Source of the DNA: Candidatus Oxydemutatoraceae bacterium
GTDB taxonomy: Bacteria; Pseudomonadota; Gammaproteobacteria; Poriferisulfidales; Oxydemutatoraceae
Assembly (NCBI GenBank): GCA_965218975.1
Contig: OZ244717.1
Location: forward strand, 896,001 to 960,000
DNA: 64,000 bases
Reading direction: 5' to 3'
Shown here: one piece after another, positions 62,201-64,000 of the stretch
How positions within the stretch are numbered: position 1 is the stretch's first letter
How the letters are laid out: each line of letters begins with the position of its first letter
The notes under the pieces: model-generated
Told to the model about the DNA's origin: nothing
The model's database searches: none
What the model saw: only the letters and a program-made list of their open reading frames with translations
Translations under genes and position numbers: made by a program

Positions 62201-64000
62201 CCCGCAAGACGAGGCAATGTATTTGATTACCGGTGGGGCGGATGAGGCCTTGTTCACCATTGACGACCCGTCTTCGGGTGAATTGAGTTTCGTCACCGCG
62301 CCGGACTTTGAGAATGCGGCGGATGCGGATACGGATAACGTTTATATGCTCATCGTGACGGCAATCGGCGGCACGGACGCTCGAGCGTTGACGACGACGC
62401 AAGAGATTACGGTGACGGTGCTTGATGTGCCTACGACGGTCACGATTACGGCGGCGGAGCCGACGGTAACGGAAGGTGAGCCGGTAATGTTCACGTTTGA
62501 GCGGACCGACGCGACGGATGCGCTGGCATTGACGGTGAACATTACGATAGATGCGACCGACGAAGTGCTTGCGGATGCGGCGCCTGAAATGGTGACTTTC
62601 GACGCCGGTTCTGCGAGAACGGTGCTTAGCCTTGCCACCGTCATTGATGAGGCGTTTGGCGTCAAGACGGTGATGGTTACCGTGAACGACGGTATGGGTT
62701 ATGAGGTCGGTATTGAGAATAGCGCCGAGGTGCGGGTGATTGACGTCAACGTGGCACCGGTATTCAGCAGTGCGGAAAGTTTTGAGGTCAACGAAGGCCA
62801 GACGGCAATCGGCACGGTGACGGCTGCGGATGCGAACATAGAAGACGAGGTGATGTATTCGGTTACCGGCGGGGCGGATGATGCTCTGTTTGTAATTGAC
62901 TCGTCTTCGGGCGAATTGAGTTTCGCCACCGCACCGGACTATGAGAATCCGGCGGATGCGGATGAAGACAATAACTATATGCTCATCGTGACAGCGGCCG
63001 GCGGCACGGACGCTCGGGCGTTAACGACGACGCAAGCGATTACGGTGACGGTGCTTGATGTGCCGACGACGATCACGATTACGGCAGAAGACCCGACGGT
63101 CACGGAAGGCGAGCCGGCGGTGTTCACGTTCAGCCGGACCGACGCGACGGATGCGCTTGCATTGACGGTGAACATTACGGTAGACGATTCCGGCGGAGTG
63201 CTTGCGGATGCGGCGCCTGATACGATTACTTTTGCTGCCGATTCTGCGACAACGGCGCTCAGTCTTGCCACCGACGACGATACGCTTGAAGAAGACGACA
63301 GCACGGTGACGGTTACCGTCATAGGCGGTATGGATTATGCGGTCGGTATTGAGAATAGTGCCGAGGTGCGGGTGAACGACAACGACGTTAACGTGGCGCC
63401 GGCATTCATCAGTGCAGCAAGTTTTGAGGTCAACGAAGGGGAGACGGTAGTCGGCACGGTGACGGCTGAGGATGCGAACCGGCAAGACGAGGTAACGTAT
63501 TCGGTTACCGGCGGTGCGGATGATGCCTTGTTTGATATCGACTCGTCTTCGGGCGAACTGATCTTCACAACTGCACCGGACTATGAGAATCCGGCAGATG
63601 TGGATACGGATAACGTTTATATGCTCATCGTGACGGCGGCCGGCGGCACAGACGCTCGGGCATTGACGACGACGCAAGAGATTACGGTGACGGTGCTTGA
63701 TGTGCCTACGACGATTACGATTACGGCGGACAAAGCAGAGGTTACGGAAGGCGAGTCGGTGGTGTTTACATTCAGTCGGACCGACGCGACGGATGTGCCA
63801 AATTTGTTTGTGAACATTACGGTAGTTGCAACCGACGAAGTGCTTGCGGATGCGGCGCCTGGTATGGTGACTTTTGACGCCGGTTCTACGACAACGGTAC
63901 TTAGCCTTGCCACTGTCATTGATGAAATGATTGGCGACAGAACGGTGATGGTTACCGTGAACGACGGTGTGGATTATGCGGTCGGTATTGAGAATAGTGC
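32235..64000 (+). CDS. Giant repetitive secreted adhesin-like protein (cadherin-like, Calx-beta-like and FN3 domains), >10,500 aa, 3'-incomplete
   Basis: ATG 32235 reads MRMFGNISSVVKVFSVAAFIAIAPALEA/QF. The same frame still encodes the repeat at 63960 (NDGVDYAVGIENS). The track lists no stop-terminated ORF in this frame. Motifs: NVAPVF..F.VNEGQT.VGTVTA.D...APD[FY]ENP.D.D.[DN]N.Y and VTEGE...T.DD...E.D..VTV. Confidence 0.93.
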   Translation, partial: MRMFGNISSVVKVFSVAAFIAIAPALEAQFTPQDSPGDTDPTFLSQMVGTRDNQDCSAEEGIQCRYGMDVRFGNVRVEAGLFRFEIQLRAQRAADGEPNGTLPVSATALGNVLNSSQMYIRYKLIHSSEASVWGENAAAVSPTNNPTGACRAALGADLGATLTNDNSQFLTAFYSFRVYGNEEFEENLMTLGNASIYSSLGPNSPLVSGLAGYFILDDEAYKTVMNVGCAISPEVVAAGRRAEMTFHSFGFNVASQLWDMNRFSRYAVRAVNNLEYVPLDGVSAYIEHARLADTNRHALIRFNTDLPDEDVVTTTASYTVARFFDGSAPAVSFAAENVLKLDARTVWVTFPETFATAVSDSFLENVLLRATFTGQDSYIAAVYGNEALYRVGVLYGNEASGSQFTPPRIAQATISEDNRTVELVFSVPVSSNAQGDEILVPEDFEVVFYPGISARSSSIVEVTQVEEVDPSRYRLTLDIEGADLGEITGDEYLLIKGAERSETEFYISTATIFNRERVHRDLTEVQVDVAALGVGMATGDYGVGMRDLPGNALLQMRRSSVDINVAPVFSDAESFEVNEGQTVVGTVTAEDANIEDEAMYLITDGADQAQFTIDPSSGELRFTTAPDFENPADEGANNVYMLIVTATGGTDARALTTTQAITVTVLDVSTTVTITAAEPTVTEGEPAVFVFERTDATDASTLTVNITVDDSGGVLADAEPDTITFDADSATAALNLATIDDAFDEDDSTVTVTVVAGIVYAVGTENSAEVRVVDNDDAPELVLSQTTVEEGAEITISIDNRRNQSVLAVTFEFDGTAMPENDYIVTTLGGSPLLSPYNVTIEISARNRVAVLRIRTVDDQVDEADETIEITARHEGGIIGEETIMVIDNDAPPELDLSVSAVMIDEGESVDITLEITNESVYAENQTIALEFTGNATTTADYTVDGLLLQLPSYELTLPAGESAASATIMALIDAMTAEGDETIMITARHEGEMIGDKATIMIIDNTAPVFSDPVSFAVNEGQTTVGMVTAADANTEDEVTYSVTGGADETLFAIDDPSLGELSFVTAPDFENPVDAGEDNNYMLIVTATGGTDARELTTTEAITVMVLDVDESTVTITADKASVTEGEQAMFTLERTAPTDVELLVRITVGDPGGVLAAAAPEMVTFDAGSTTAALSLATIDDMIDEADSTLTVTVVAGIVHEVGIENSAEVRVIDVNVAPVFSDAVSFEVNEEQTIVGTVTAADANTEDEVTYSVTGGADETLFAIDDPSSGELRFTTAPDYENPMDADTDNVYTLTVTATGGTDARALTTTQAITVTVLDVPTTITITADEAEVTEGEPAMFTLSRTDATDAPALTVNITAVEIGEVLADAAPSTVTFDAGSATAELSLATVIDEMIGDRTVTVTVNAGVGYAVGSENSAEVRVIDINVAPVFSSSESFAVNEGQTIVGTVTAADANTEDEVTSYSVTGGADGALFTFADPSLGELSFVTAPDYENPTDADTDNVYTLTVTAIGGTDARALTATQAITVTVLDVPMTITITADDTEVTEGEPAMFTLSRTDATDAPVLAVNITAVEVGEVLATAAPSTVTFAADSATTMLSLATVIDDTFGVRTVTVTVNAGVGYEVGIENSAEVRVVDVNVAPVFSSSESFAVNEGQTVVGTVTAADANPGDEVTYSITGGADETLFAIDDPSSGELRFTTAPDFESPADADTNNNYMLIVTAIGGTDARALTTTQEIEVTVLDVPTTITITADEAEVTEGEPAMFTLSRTDATDAPALTVNITVDATVGVLATAAPSTVTFDAGSATTEFSLATVIDEMIGDRTVTVTVNAGVGYAVGIENSAEVRVIDINVAPVFSDAVSFAVNEGQTIVGTVTAADANTEDEVTSYSVTGGADGALFTFADPSLGELSFVTAPDYENPTDADTDNVYTLTVTAIGGTDARALTATQAITVTVLDVPMTVTITADDTEVTEGELAVFTFSRTDATDAPVLAVNITAVEVGEVLATAAPSTVTFAADSATTMLSLATVIDDTFGVRTMTVTVNAGVGYEVGIENSAEVRVVDVNVAPVFSSSESFAVNEEQTIVGTVTAADANTEDEVTSYSVTGGADGALFTFADPSSGELSFATAPDFENPADADTNNNYMLIVTATGGTDARALTTTQEIEVTVLDVPTTITITADEAEVTEGEPAMFTLSRTDATDAPALAVNITVDVTVGVLADAAPSTVTFDTGSATTMLSLATVIDDTFGVRTVTVTVNVGVGYEVGIENSAEVRVVDDDLLPDLVLSVSATTIDEGASADITIEIKNDSVFTEDQTITLEFDGDATPEEDYAVLVENLPLSPPYELILPAGASATVATIMAKAADMTDEGDETIMITARHGGDTIGEETITIIDNVAPVFISAASFEVNEGQTLVGTVVAEDANSLDDVLYVVQSNDSNDSSPDSALFSILSLTGVLRFETAPDFEAPADADMNNEYIITILASDFNGSLSNQGLTARQRVTVMVRNVVESTVTVTANQASVTEGESAMFTLARTVPTDTELMVKITVDDPGGALATVAPEMVTFDAGSTTAALSLVTIDDAFDEADSTLTVTVVAGIVHEVGIENSAEVRVVDDDLLPELVLLVSATTIDEGASADITIEIKNDSVFTEDQTITLEFDGDATPEEDYAVLVENLPLSPPYELILPAGASATVATIMAKAADMTDEGDETIMITARHGGDTIGEETITIIDNVAPVFISAASFEVNEGQTLVGTVVAEDANSIDDDIAYGIFVNPSYLDSILFPILIHQFTGVLRFETAPDFEAPAGADMNNEYVYAITANSSRGTGRALTTFQTITVMVRNVVESTVTVTANQASVTEGEPAMFTLARTVPTDTELMVKITVDDPGGALATVAPEMVTFDAGSTTAALSLVTIDDAFDEADSTLTVTVVAGIVHEVGIENSAEVRVVDDDLLPDLVLSVSATTIDEGASADITIEIKNDSVFTEDQTITLEFDGDATPEEDYAVLVENLPLSPPYELILPAGASATVATIMAKAADMTDEGDETIMITARHGGDTIGEETITIIDNVAPVFISAASFEVNEGQTLVGTVVAEDANSLDDVLYVVQSNDSNDSSPDSALFSILSLTGVLRFETAPDFEAPADADMNNEYIITILASDFNGSLSNQGLTARQRVTVMVLDVPTTITITADKAEVTEGEPAVFTFSRTDATDAPALTVNITIDATDEVLADAAPGMVTFDAGSARTVLSLATVIDEAFGVRTVMVTVNDGVGYEVGIENSAEVRVIDVNVAPVFSSAESFEVNEGETVVGTVTAEDANIEDEVTYSITNGADQDQFTINSSSGELSFVTAPDFENAADADGDNAYMLTVAAIGGTDARALTTTQAIMVTVLDVPTTITITADEPMVTEGESAMFTFSRTDATDAPALTVNITVDDPEGVLAAAAPEMVTFAADSATTALNLATIDDTLEEDDSTVTVTVNDGVDYAVGIENSAEVRVNDNDGPFTISFVQSEYTFNERDSVVVMIRLSGERPLRGAVSATISTMEGSALHPEDYTLVNSRFSFGPSDSIPALRSESLSRINDAIFETEEFFSVRIRSVMASDPADEVVIGQGEATITIIDNDSPPIWSLDMLPSSVSESRDTAVPIVMKRMRDLLDRGYPLTLELGGTATFGEDYVITDMDDNPFALPLTFPAPYIADDVFDLRTDKTVEFGLVITDDAVFEGAETIELRLTTTDPDVTIGSDTTQTITIIDDDTTPVLSLSVSATTIEEGASVDITVMTNESVYAEDQTITLEFAGDAMPEDDYTVMVDSLPLSSPYELTLPAGLSSVTATIMATDDRADEANETITLTARHEGDTIGEETITIIDDDAAPELDLSVSETTIDEGASGDIEVGITNESVFAEDQTITLEFAGEATPEDDYTVMVGGSLLSSPYQVILPAGSSSVSAMIMALIDDMTAEGNETIMITARHEGEMIGEVTITIIDNTAPVFSDAVSFEVDEGQTTVGVVTAEDANPQDEAMYSVTGGADDALFDIDSSSGELSFVTAPDFENAVDADTDNVYMLIVTAIGGTDARALTTTQEITVTVLDVPTTVTITAAEPTVTEGEPVMFTFERTDATDAPALTVNITIDATDEVLADVAPGMVTFDAGSARTVLSLATVIDEAFGVRTVMVTVNDGVGYEVGIENSAEVRVIDVNVAPVFSSAESFEVNEGETVVGTVTAEDANIEDEVTYSITNGADQDQFTIDSSSGELSFATAPDFENAADADGDNAYMLTVAVIGGTDARALTTTQAIMVTVLDVPTTITITADEPMVTEGEPAVFTFSRTDATDAPALTVNITVDDSGGVLADAAPDTITFDADSATTVLNLATIDDTLEEDDSTVTVTVNDGVDYAVGIENSAEVRVNDNDGPLTISFVTTEYMVNESDREVRFELRLSDERPLRGNINVGLTARDGSAVLTEDYSPRGSVTIYTPISVLMRTVQYFIIDDDVFETEEFFSLRISGVTTFHSDDEVVIGQGRVATVTIIDDDLPPIWSLDMLPSSVSESRDTAVPIVMRRMRDLLDRGYPLTLELGGTATFGEDYVITDMDDNSFALPLTFPAPYIADDVFDLRTDKTVEFRLVITDDAVFEGAETIELRLTTTDPDVTIGSDTTQTITIIDNDAVPVLSLTVGATAINEGALTDIEVGITNESVYAEDQTITLEFAGDAMPEDDYTVMVGDSPLSSPYVLTLPAGLSSVSATIMATDDMTAEGNETITLTARHEGDTIGEAMITIIDDDAAPELDLSVSETTIDEGVSADITLEITNESVFAENQTITLEFDGTATEDDYTLSAENLPLLPPHELILPAGSSSVSAMIMALIDDMTAEGNETIMITARHEGEMIGEVTITIIDNTAPVFSDAVSFEVDEGQTTVGVVTAEDANPQDEAMYSITGGADDALFDIDSSSGELSFATAPDFENAADADTDNVYVLTVTAIGGTDARALTTTQEITVTVLDVPTTVTITAAEPTITEGESAVFTFSRTDATDAPALTVNITIDATDEVLADAAPEMVTFDAGSARTVLSLATVIDEAFGVRTVMVTVNDGMGYEVGIENSAEVRVIDVNVAPVFSSSESFEVNEGQTVVGTVTAEDANIEDEVMYSITNGADQDQFTIDPFSGELSFATTPDFENPADADTDNVYMLIVTAVSGTDARALTTTQEIAVTVLDVPTTITITAEDPTVTEGEPAVFTFSRTEATDAPALTVNITVDDSGGVLADAAPDTITFAADSATTALSLATDDDTLEEDGSTVTVTVIGGMDYAVGIENSASVRVVDNDVNVAPAFISAASFDVNEGETVVGTVTAADANIEDEVMYSITGDADDVLFAIDPSSGELSFATAPDYENPADADTDNVYMLIVTATGGTDARALTTTQAITVTVLDVPTTITITAAEPMVTEGEPAVFVFERTDSTNVSELNVFFTVDDPGGVLVLPKPFALSFGAAGAASETAMLSLATIDDALEEDDSTVTVTVGAHMNYEVGIENSAEVRVVDNDVNVAPAFISAASFEVNEGETVVGTVTAADANIEDEVTYSVIGGADDALFDIDSSSGELSFTTAPDYENPVDADEDNNYMLTVVAIGGTDVRTLTTTQAITVTVLDVPTTITITAAEPMVTEGEPAVFTFSRTDATDAPVLAVNITVDDSDGVLAAAAPEMVTFDAGSAITVLNLATIDDTLEEDDSTVTVTVVATTDYEVGIENSASVRVVDNDVNVAPVFTSAASFEVNEGQTVVGTVTAADVNIEDEVMYSITGSADQDQFTIDPSSGELSFAAAPDFENPTDADGDNAYMLTVAAIGGTDVRALTTTQAITVRVLDLPVITIAAVEPMVTEGEPAVFVFERTDATDVLDLFVFFTVVESGEVLVVPTPAGISFRPASETVMLSVATIDDTLEEDDSTVTVTIGVDDTGFYEVGIENSAEVRVVDNDVNVAPVFTSAESFEVNEGQTLVGTVTAEDANMGDEVTYSVTGGADGTLFTIDPSSGELSLATAPDYENPADADTDNVYMLTVAAIGGTDARALTTTQGITVTVLDVPTTITITADKAEVTEGEPVMFTFSRTDATDALALAVNITVDDLDGVLAAAAPEMVTFAAGSATAELSLATDDDTLEEDDSVVTVTIIDSADYRIGIENSASVRVVDDDVNVAPAFISAASFEVNEGQPVVGTVTAADANIEDEVMYSITGDADDALFDIDSSSGELGFATAPDFENAADADTDNVYMLIVTATGGTDARALTTTQAITVTVLDVPTTITITAAEPMVTEGEPAVFVFERTDSTNVSELNVFFTVDDPGGVLVLPKPFALSFGAAGAASETAMLSLATIDDALEEDDSTVTVTVGAHMNYEVGIENSAEVRVVDNDVNVAPVFSDPVSFEVNEGETVVGTVTAEDANPQDEVRYSVTGGADDALFDIDSSSGELSFTTAPDYENPADADTDNVYMLIVTAAGGTGARALTTTQEITVTVLDVPTTITIFADEPTVTEGELAVFTLNRTAPTDTGLLVEIEVVDSPDGTVVGNPGGALMVLIPDMITFRAGSTTAVLSLATIDDMIDEADSTLTVTVVEGMSYEVGIENSAEVRVVDNDDVPGAPAELAAAAGDTHAVLSWEAPADPGTSPIERYEYRASSDAGTIGDQEWNAAGDATGEVRTQIVSSLSNDTEYTFEVRAVSAAGNGAAAQITATPSSETAVFTLTFDPSEYTLTESDQRVTLTLRLIGEERALQDDVTVTVSTHDGSAVTPQDYVAIENATVVFEPEEGVTELTQTVTVQIVNDIVFELDDEIFSVIINDVTAATSSDTVVIDQGEATVTIVDDGGPPIWVLDRLPSSVGESTGTVSIEMRRVSIVNSDTNRGYSLTLELGGTATFGDDYVITDIDGNPLASPPTFDIAQNQTMLEARLIITDDRVFEGEETIEIRLSTTEPKILIDDATTQTITLIDNDAAPELDLSVSAVAIDEGASVDITLEITNESVFAEDQTITLEFTGDAMPEDDYTVSVDGSPLLPPYELTLTAGESALNATIMALIDDMTAEGDETITLTARHGDDTIGEETITIIDNEAPVFSSMPSFEVNEGETIVGTVTAEDANIEDEVMYSVTGDGADDVLFDVDSSSGELSFITAPDYENPADADTDNVYMLIVTAAGGTDVRALTTTQAITVTVLDVATTITITADEPMVTEGEPAMFTFSRTDATDALALTVNITVDDSGGVLADAAPDTITFAADSATTALNLATIDDTLEEDDSTVTVTVIGGMDYAVGIENSAEVRVNDNDVNVAPAFISAASFDVNEGETVVGTVTAGDANPQDEVTYSVTGGADDALFDIDSSSGELSFTTAPDYENPADADTDNVYMLIVTAAGGTDARALTTTQAITVTVLDVPTTITITAAEPMVTEGEPAVFVFERTDATDAPTLTVNITIDATDEVLADAAPGMVTFDAGSTTTVLSLATVIDEMFGVRTVTVTVNDDVDYAVGIENSAEVRVIDVNVAPVFSEPVSFDIDESLTVVGTVTAEDANIEDEVMYSVTGDGADDALFDIDSSSGELSFTTAPDYENPADADTDNVYMLIVTAVGGTDARALTTTQGITVTVLDVPTTVTITVAEPMVTEGESAVFTFSRTDVTDAPALTVNITIDATDEVLADAAPGMVTFDAGSARTVLSLATVIDEAFGVRTVMVTVNDGVGYEVGIENSAEVRVIDVNVAPVFSSAESFEVDEGETVVGTVTAEDANIEDEVTYSITNGADQDQFTIDPSSGELSFVTAPDFENAADADGDNAYMLTVAAIGGTDARALTTTQAIMVTVLDVPTTITITADEPMVTEGEPAVFTFSRTEATDALALTVNITVDDSGGVLADAAPDTITFAADSATTALSLATDDDTLEEDDSTVTVTVNDGVDYAVGIENSAEVRVNDNDGPFTISFVQSEYTFNERDSAVVMIRLSGERPRRGNVTVTVDAHDGSAVFIEDYGLRSSGLIFFPTVMLRSERFITIDNAVVETEEFFSVRIRSVMASDPADEVVIGQGEATITIIDNDSPPIWSLDMLPSSVSESRDTAVPIVMKRMRDLLDRGYPLTLELGGTATFGEDYVITDMDDNPFALPLTFPAPYIADDVFDLRTDKTVEFRLVITDDAVFEGAETIELRLTTTDPDVTIGSDTTQTITIIDNDAVPVLSLTVGATTIEEGASVDITVMTNESVYAEDQTITLEFAGDAMPEDDYTVMVDSLPLSSPYELTLPAGLSSITATIMATDDRADEANETITLTARHEGDTIGEETITIIDDDAAPELDLSVSETTIDEGASGDIEVGITNESVFAEDQTITLEFAGEATPEGDYTVMVGGSLLSSPYQVILPAGSSSVSAMIMALIDDMTAEGNETIMITARHEGDMIGEETITIIDNVAPAFSDAVSFAVNEGQTTVGVVTAEDANPQDEAMYSITGGADDALFDIDSSSGELSFATAPDYENPADADTDNVYVLTVTAIGGTDARALTTTQEITVTVLDVPTTVTITADKAEVTEGESAVFTFSRTDATDAPALTVNITVDDPAGALATALPGMVTFDAGSARTVLSLATVIDEAFGVRTVMVTVNDGMGYEVGIENSAEVRVIDVNVAPVFSDAESFEVNEGQTAIGTVTAADANIEDEVMYSVTGGADDALFAIDSSSGELSFATAPDYENPADADEDNNYMLIVTAAGGTDARALTTTQAITVTVLDVPTTITITAEDPTVTEGEPAVFTFSRTDATDALALTVNITVDDSGGVLADAAPDTITFAADSATTALSLATDDDTLEEDDSTVTVTVIGGMDYAVGIENSAEVRVNDNDVNVAPAFISAASFEVNEGETVVGTVTAEDANRQDEVTYSVTGGADDALFDIDSSSGELIFTTAPDYENPADVDTDNVYMLIVTAAGGTDARALTTTQEITVTVLDVPTTITITADKAEVTEGESVVFTFSRTDATDVPNLFVNITVVATDEVLADAAPGMVTFDAGSTTTVLSLATVIDEMIGDRTVTVTVNDGVDYAVGIENSAEVRVVDVNVAPVFSSMPSFEVNEGETVVGTVTAEDANPQDEAMYSITGGADETLFTIDDPSSGELSFVTAPDFENAADADADNVYMLIVTAIGGTDARALTTTQEITVTVLDVATTITITADKAEVTEGELAVFTFSRTDATDALALTVNITVDDPAGALATALPGMVTFDAGSARTVLSLATVIDEAFGVRTVMVTVNDGMGYEVGIENSAEVRVIDVNVAPVFSSAESFEVDEGETVVGTVTAADANIEDEVMYSVTNGADQDQFTIDPSSGELSFATAPDFENAADADTDNVYMLIVTAAGGTDARALTTTQEIAVTVLDVATTITITAEDPTVTEGEPAVFTFTRTDATDALALTVNITVDDSGGVLADAAPDTITFDADSATTVLNLATIDDTLEEDDSTVTVTVNDGVDYAVGIENSAEVRVNDNDGPLTISFVTTEYMVNESDREVRFELRLSDERPLRGNINVDLTASDGSAVLHEDYSPRVSVTIYTPISVLMRTVQYFIIDDDVFETEEFFSLRISGVTTFHSDDEVVIGQGRVATVTIIDDDLPPIWSLDMLPSSVSESRDTAVPIVMRRMRDLLDRGYPLTLELGGTATFGEDYVITDMDDNSFALPLTFPAPYIADDVFDLRTDKTVEFRLVITDDAVFEGAETIELRLTTTDPDVTIGSDTTQTITIIDNDAVPVLSLTVGATAINEGALTDIEVGITNESVYAEDQTITLEFAGDAMPEDDYTVMVGDSPLSSPYVLTLPAGLSSVTATIMATDDMTAEGNETITLTARHEGDTIGEETITIIDDDAAPELDLSVSETTIDEGALTDIEVGITNESVYAEDQTITLEFAGEATPEDDYTVMVGGSLLSSPYQVILPAGSSSVSAMIMALIDDMMAEGNETIMITARHEGEMIGEVTITIIDNTAPVFSDAVSFEVDEGQTTVGVVTAEDANPQDEAMYLITGGADEALFTIDDPSSGELSFVTAPDFENAADADTDNVYMLIVTAIGGTDARALTTTQEITVTVLDVPTTVTITAAEPTVTEGEPVMFTFERTDATDALALTVNITIDATDEVLADAAPEMVTFDAGSARTVLSLATVIDEAFGVKTVMVTVNDGMGYEVGIENSAEVRVIDVNVAPVFSSAESFEVNEGQTAIGTVTAADANIEDEVMYSVTGGADDALFVIDSSSGELSFATAPDYENPADADEDNNYMLIVTAAGGTDARALTTTQAITVTVLDVPTTITITAEDPTVTEGEPAVFTFSRTDATDALALTVNITVDDSGGVLADAAPDTITFAADSATTALSLATDDDTLEEDDSTVTVTVIGGMDYAVGIENSAEVRVNDNDVNVAPAFISAASFEVNEGETVVGTVTAEDANRQDEVTYSVTGGADDALFDIDSSSGELIFTTAPDYENPADVDTDNVYMLIVTAAGGTDARALTTTQEITVTVLDVPTTITITADKAEVTEGESVVFTFSRTDATDVPNLFVNITVVATDEVLADAAPGMVTFDAGSTTTVLSLATVIDEMIGDRTVMVTVNDGVDYAVGIENS
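33920..64000 (+). repeat. Nested intragenic repeat array: base period ~636-650 bp; higher orders ~1.0, 1.275, 2.58, 2.72 and 4.63 kb
   Basis: Offsets of homologous shadow ORFs: 36119/36758/37394/38033/38672; 39233/40244/41249; 42239/44960; 48413/50993; 53714/58337/62975. Confidence 0.92.
52083..52373 (+). other. Single fibronectin type III domain within the giant protein
   Basis: VPGAPAELAAAAGDTHAVLSWEAPADPGTSPIERYEYR...LSNDTEYTFEVRAVSAAGNG...ATP. Confidence 0.85.

Noticed and set aside
33894-63919. Many minus-strand ORFs, including Arg/His-rich ones of 900-1000 aa and Ser/Val/Thr-rich ones of ~100 aa
   Set aside because: They are antisense shadows of the repetitive, codon-biased giant + strand gene; they repeat with its period and show no protein-like motifs

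Overview
Bacterial chromosome segment, apparently gammaproteobacterial judging by the yebC-ruvCAB-tol-queE-queC and rpe-trpEGDC gene orders. It has three parts. (1) 1-15.9 kb and 19.3-30.9 kb are housekeeping genes: nudB (partial), yebC, ruvCAB, a nonsense-disrupted ybgC, tolQRAB and cpoB with no pal between them, queE/queC, a YeeE/YedE transporter, tRNA-Lys, rplM/rpsI, an FMN glutamate-synthase-family gene, rpiA, ilvA, rpe, trpEGDC, OsmC, VOC, bioA, coq7, a GlcF-like Fe-S protein, a small kinase and hldD. (2) 15.98-19.2 kb is a mobile-element patch. It holds two blocks of 3 x ~107-bp structured repeats, IS481-like integrase fragments, and an intact IS1634-family element with 19-bp IRs and a 77-bp target duplication. 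A 39-bp TGT-starting end at 15978 recurs inverted at 30986. (3) 31.0-64 kb is a two-gene secreted-protein locus behind a palindrome-overlapped promoter. The first gene encodes a 289-aa protein with an HRNHL motif and dockerin-like Ca-binding loops. The second is a giant ORF that the ORF track misses because it has no stop in the window (32235 to >64000, >10,500 aa). It has a signal peptide, a possibly cohesin-like N-terminus, about 33 cadherin-like, about 55-60 Calx-beta-like and one FN3 domain, arranged in nested higher-order repeats with local hypervariable patches. The long minus-strand ORFs there are antisense shadows. Domain counts and alignments were done by eye.
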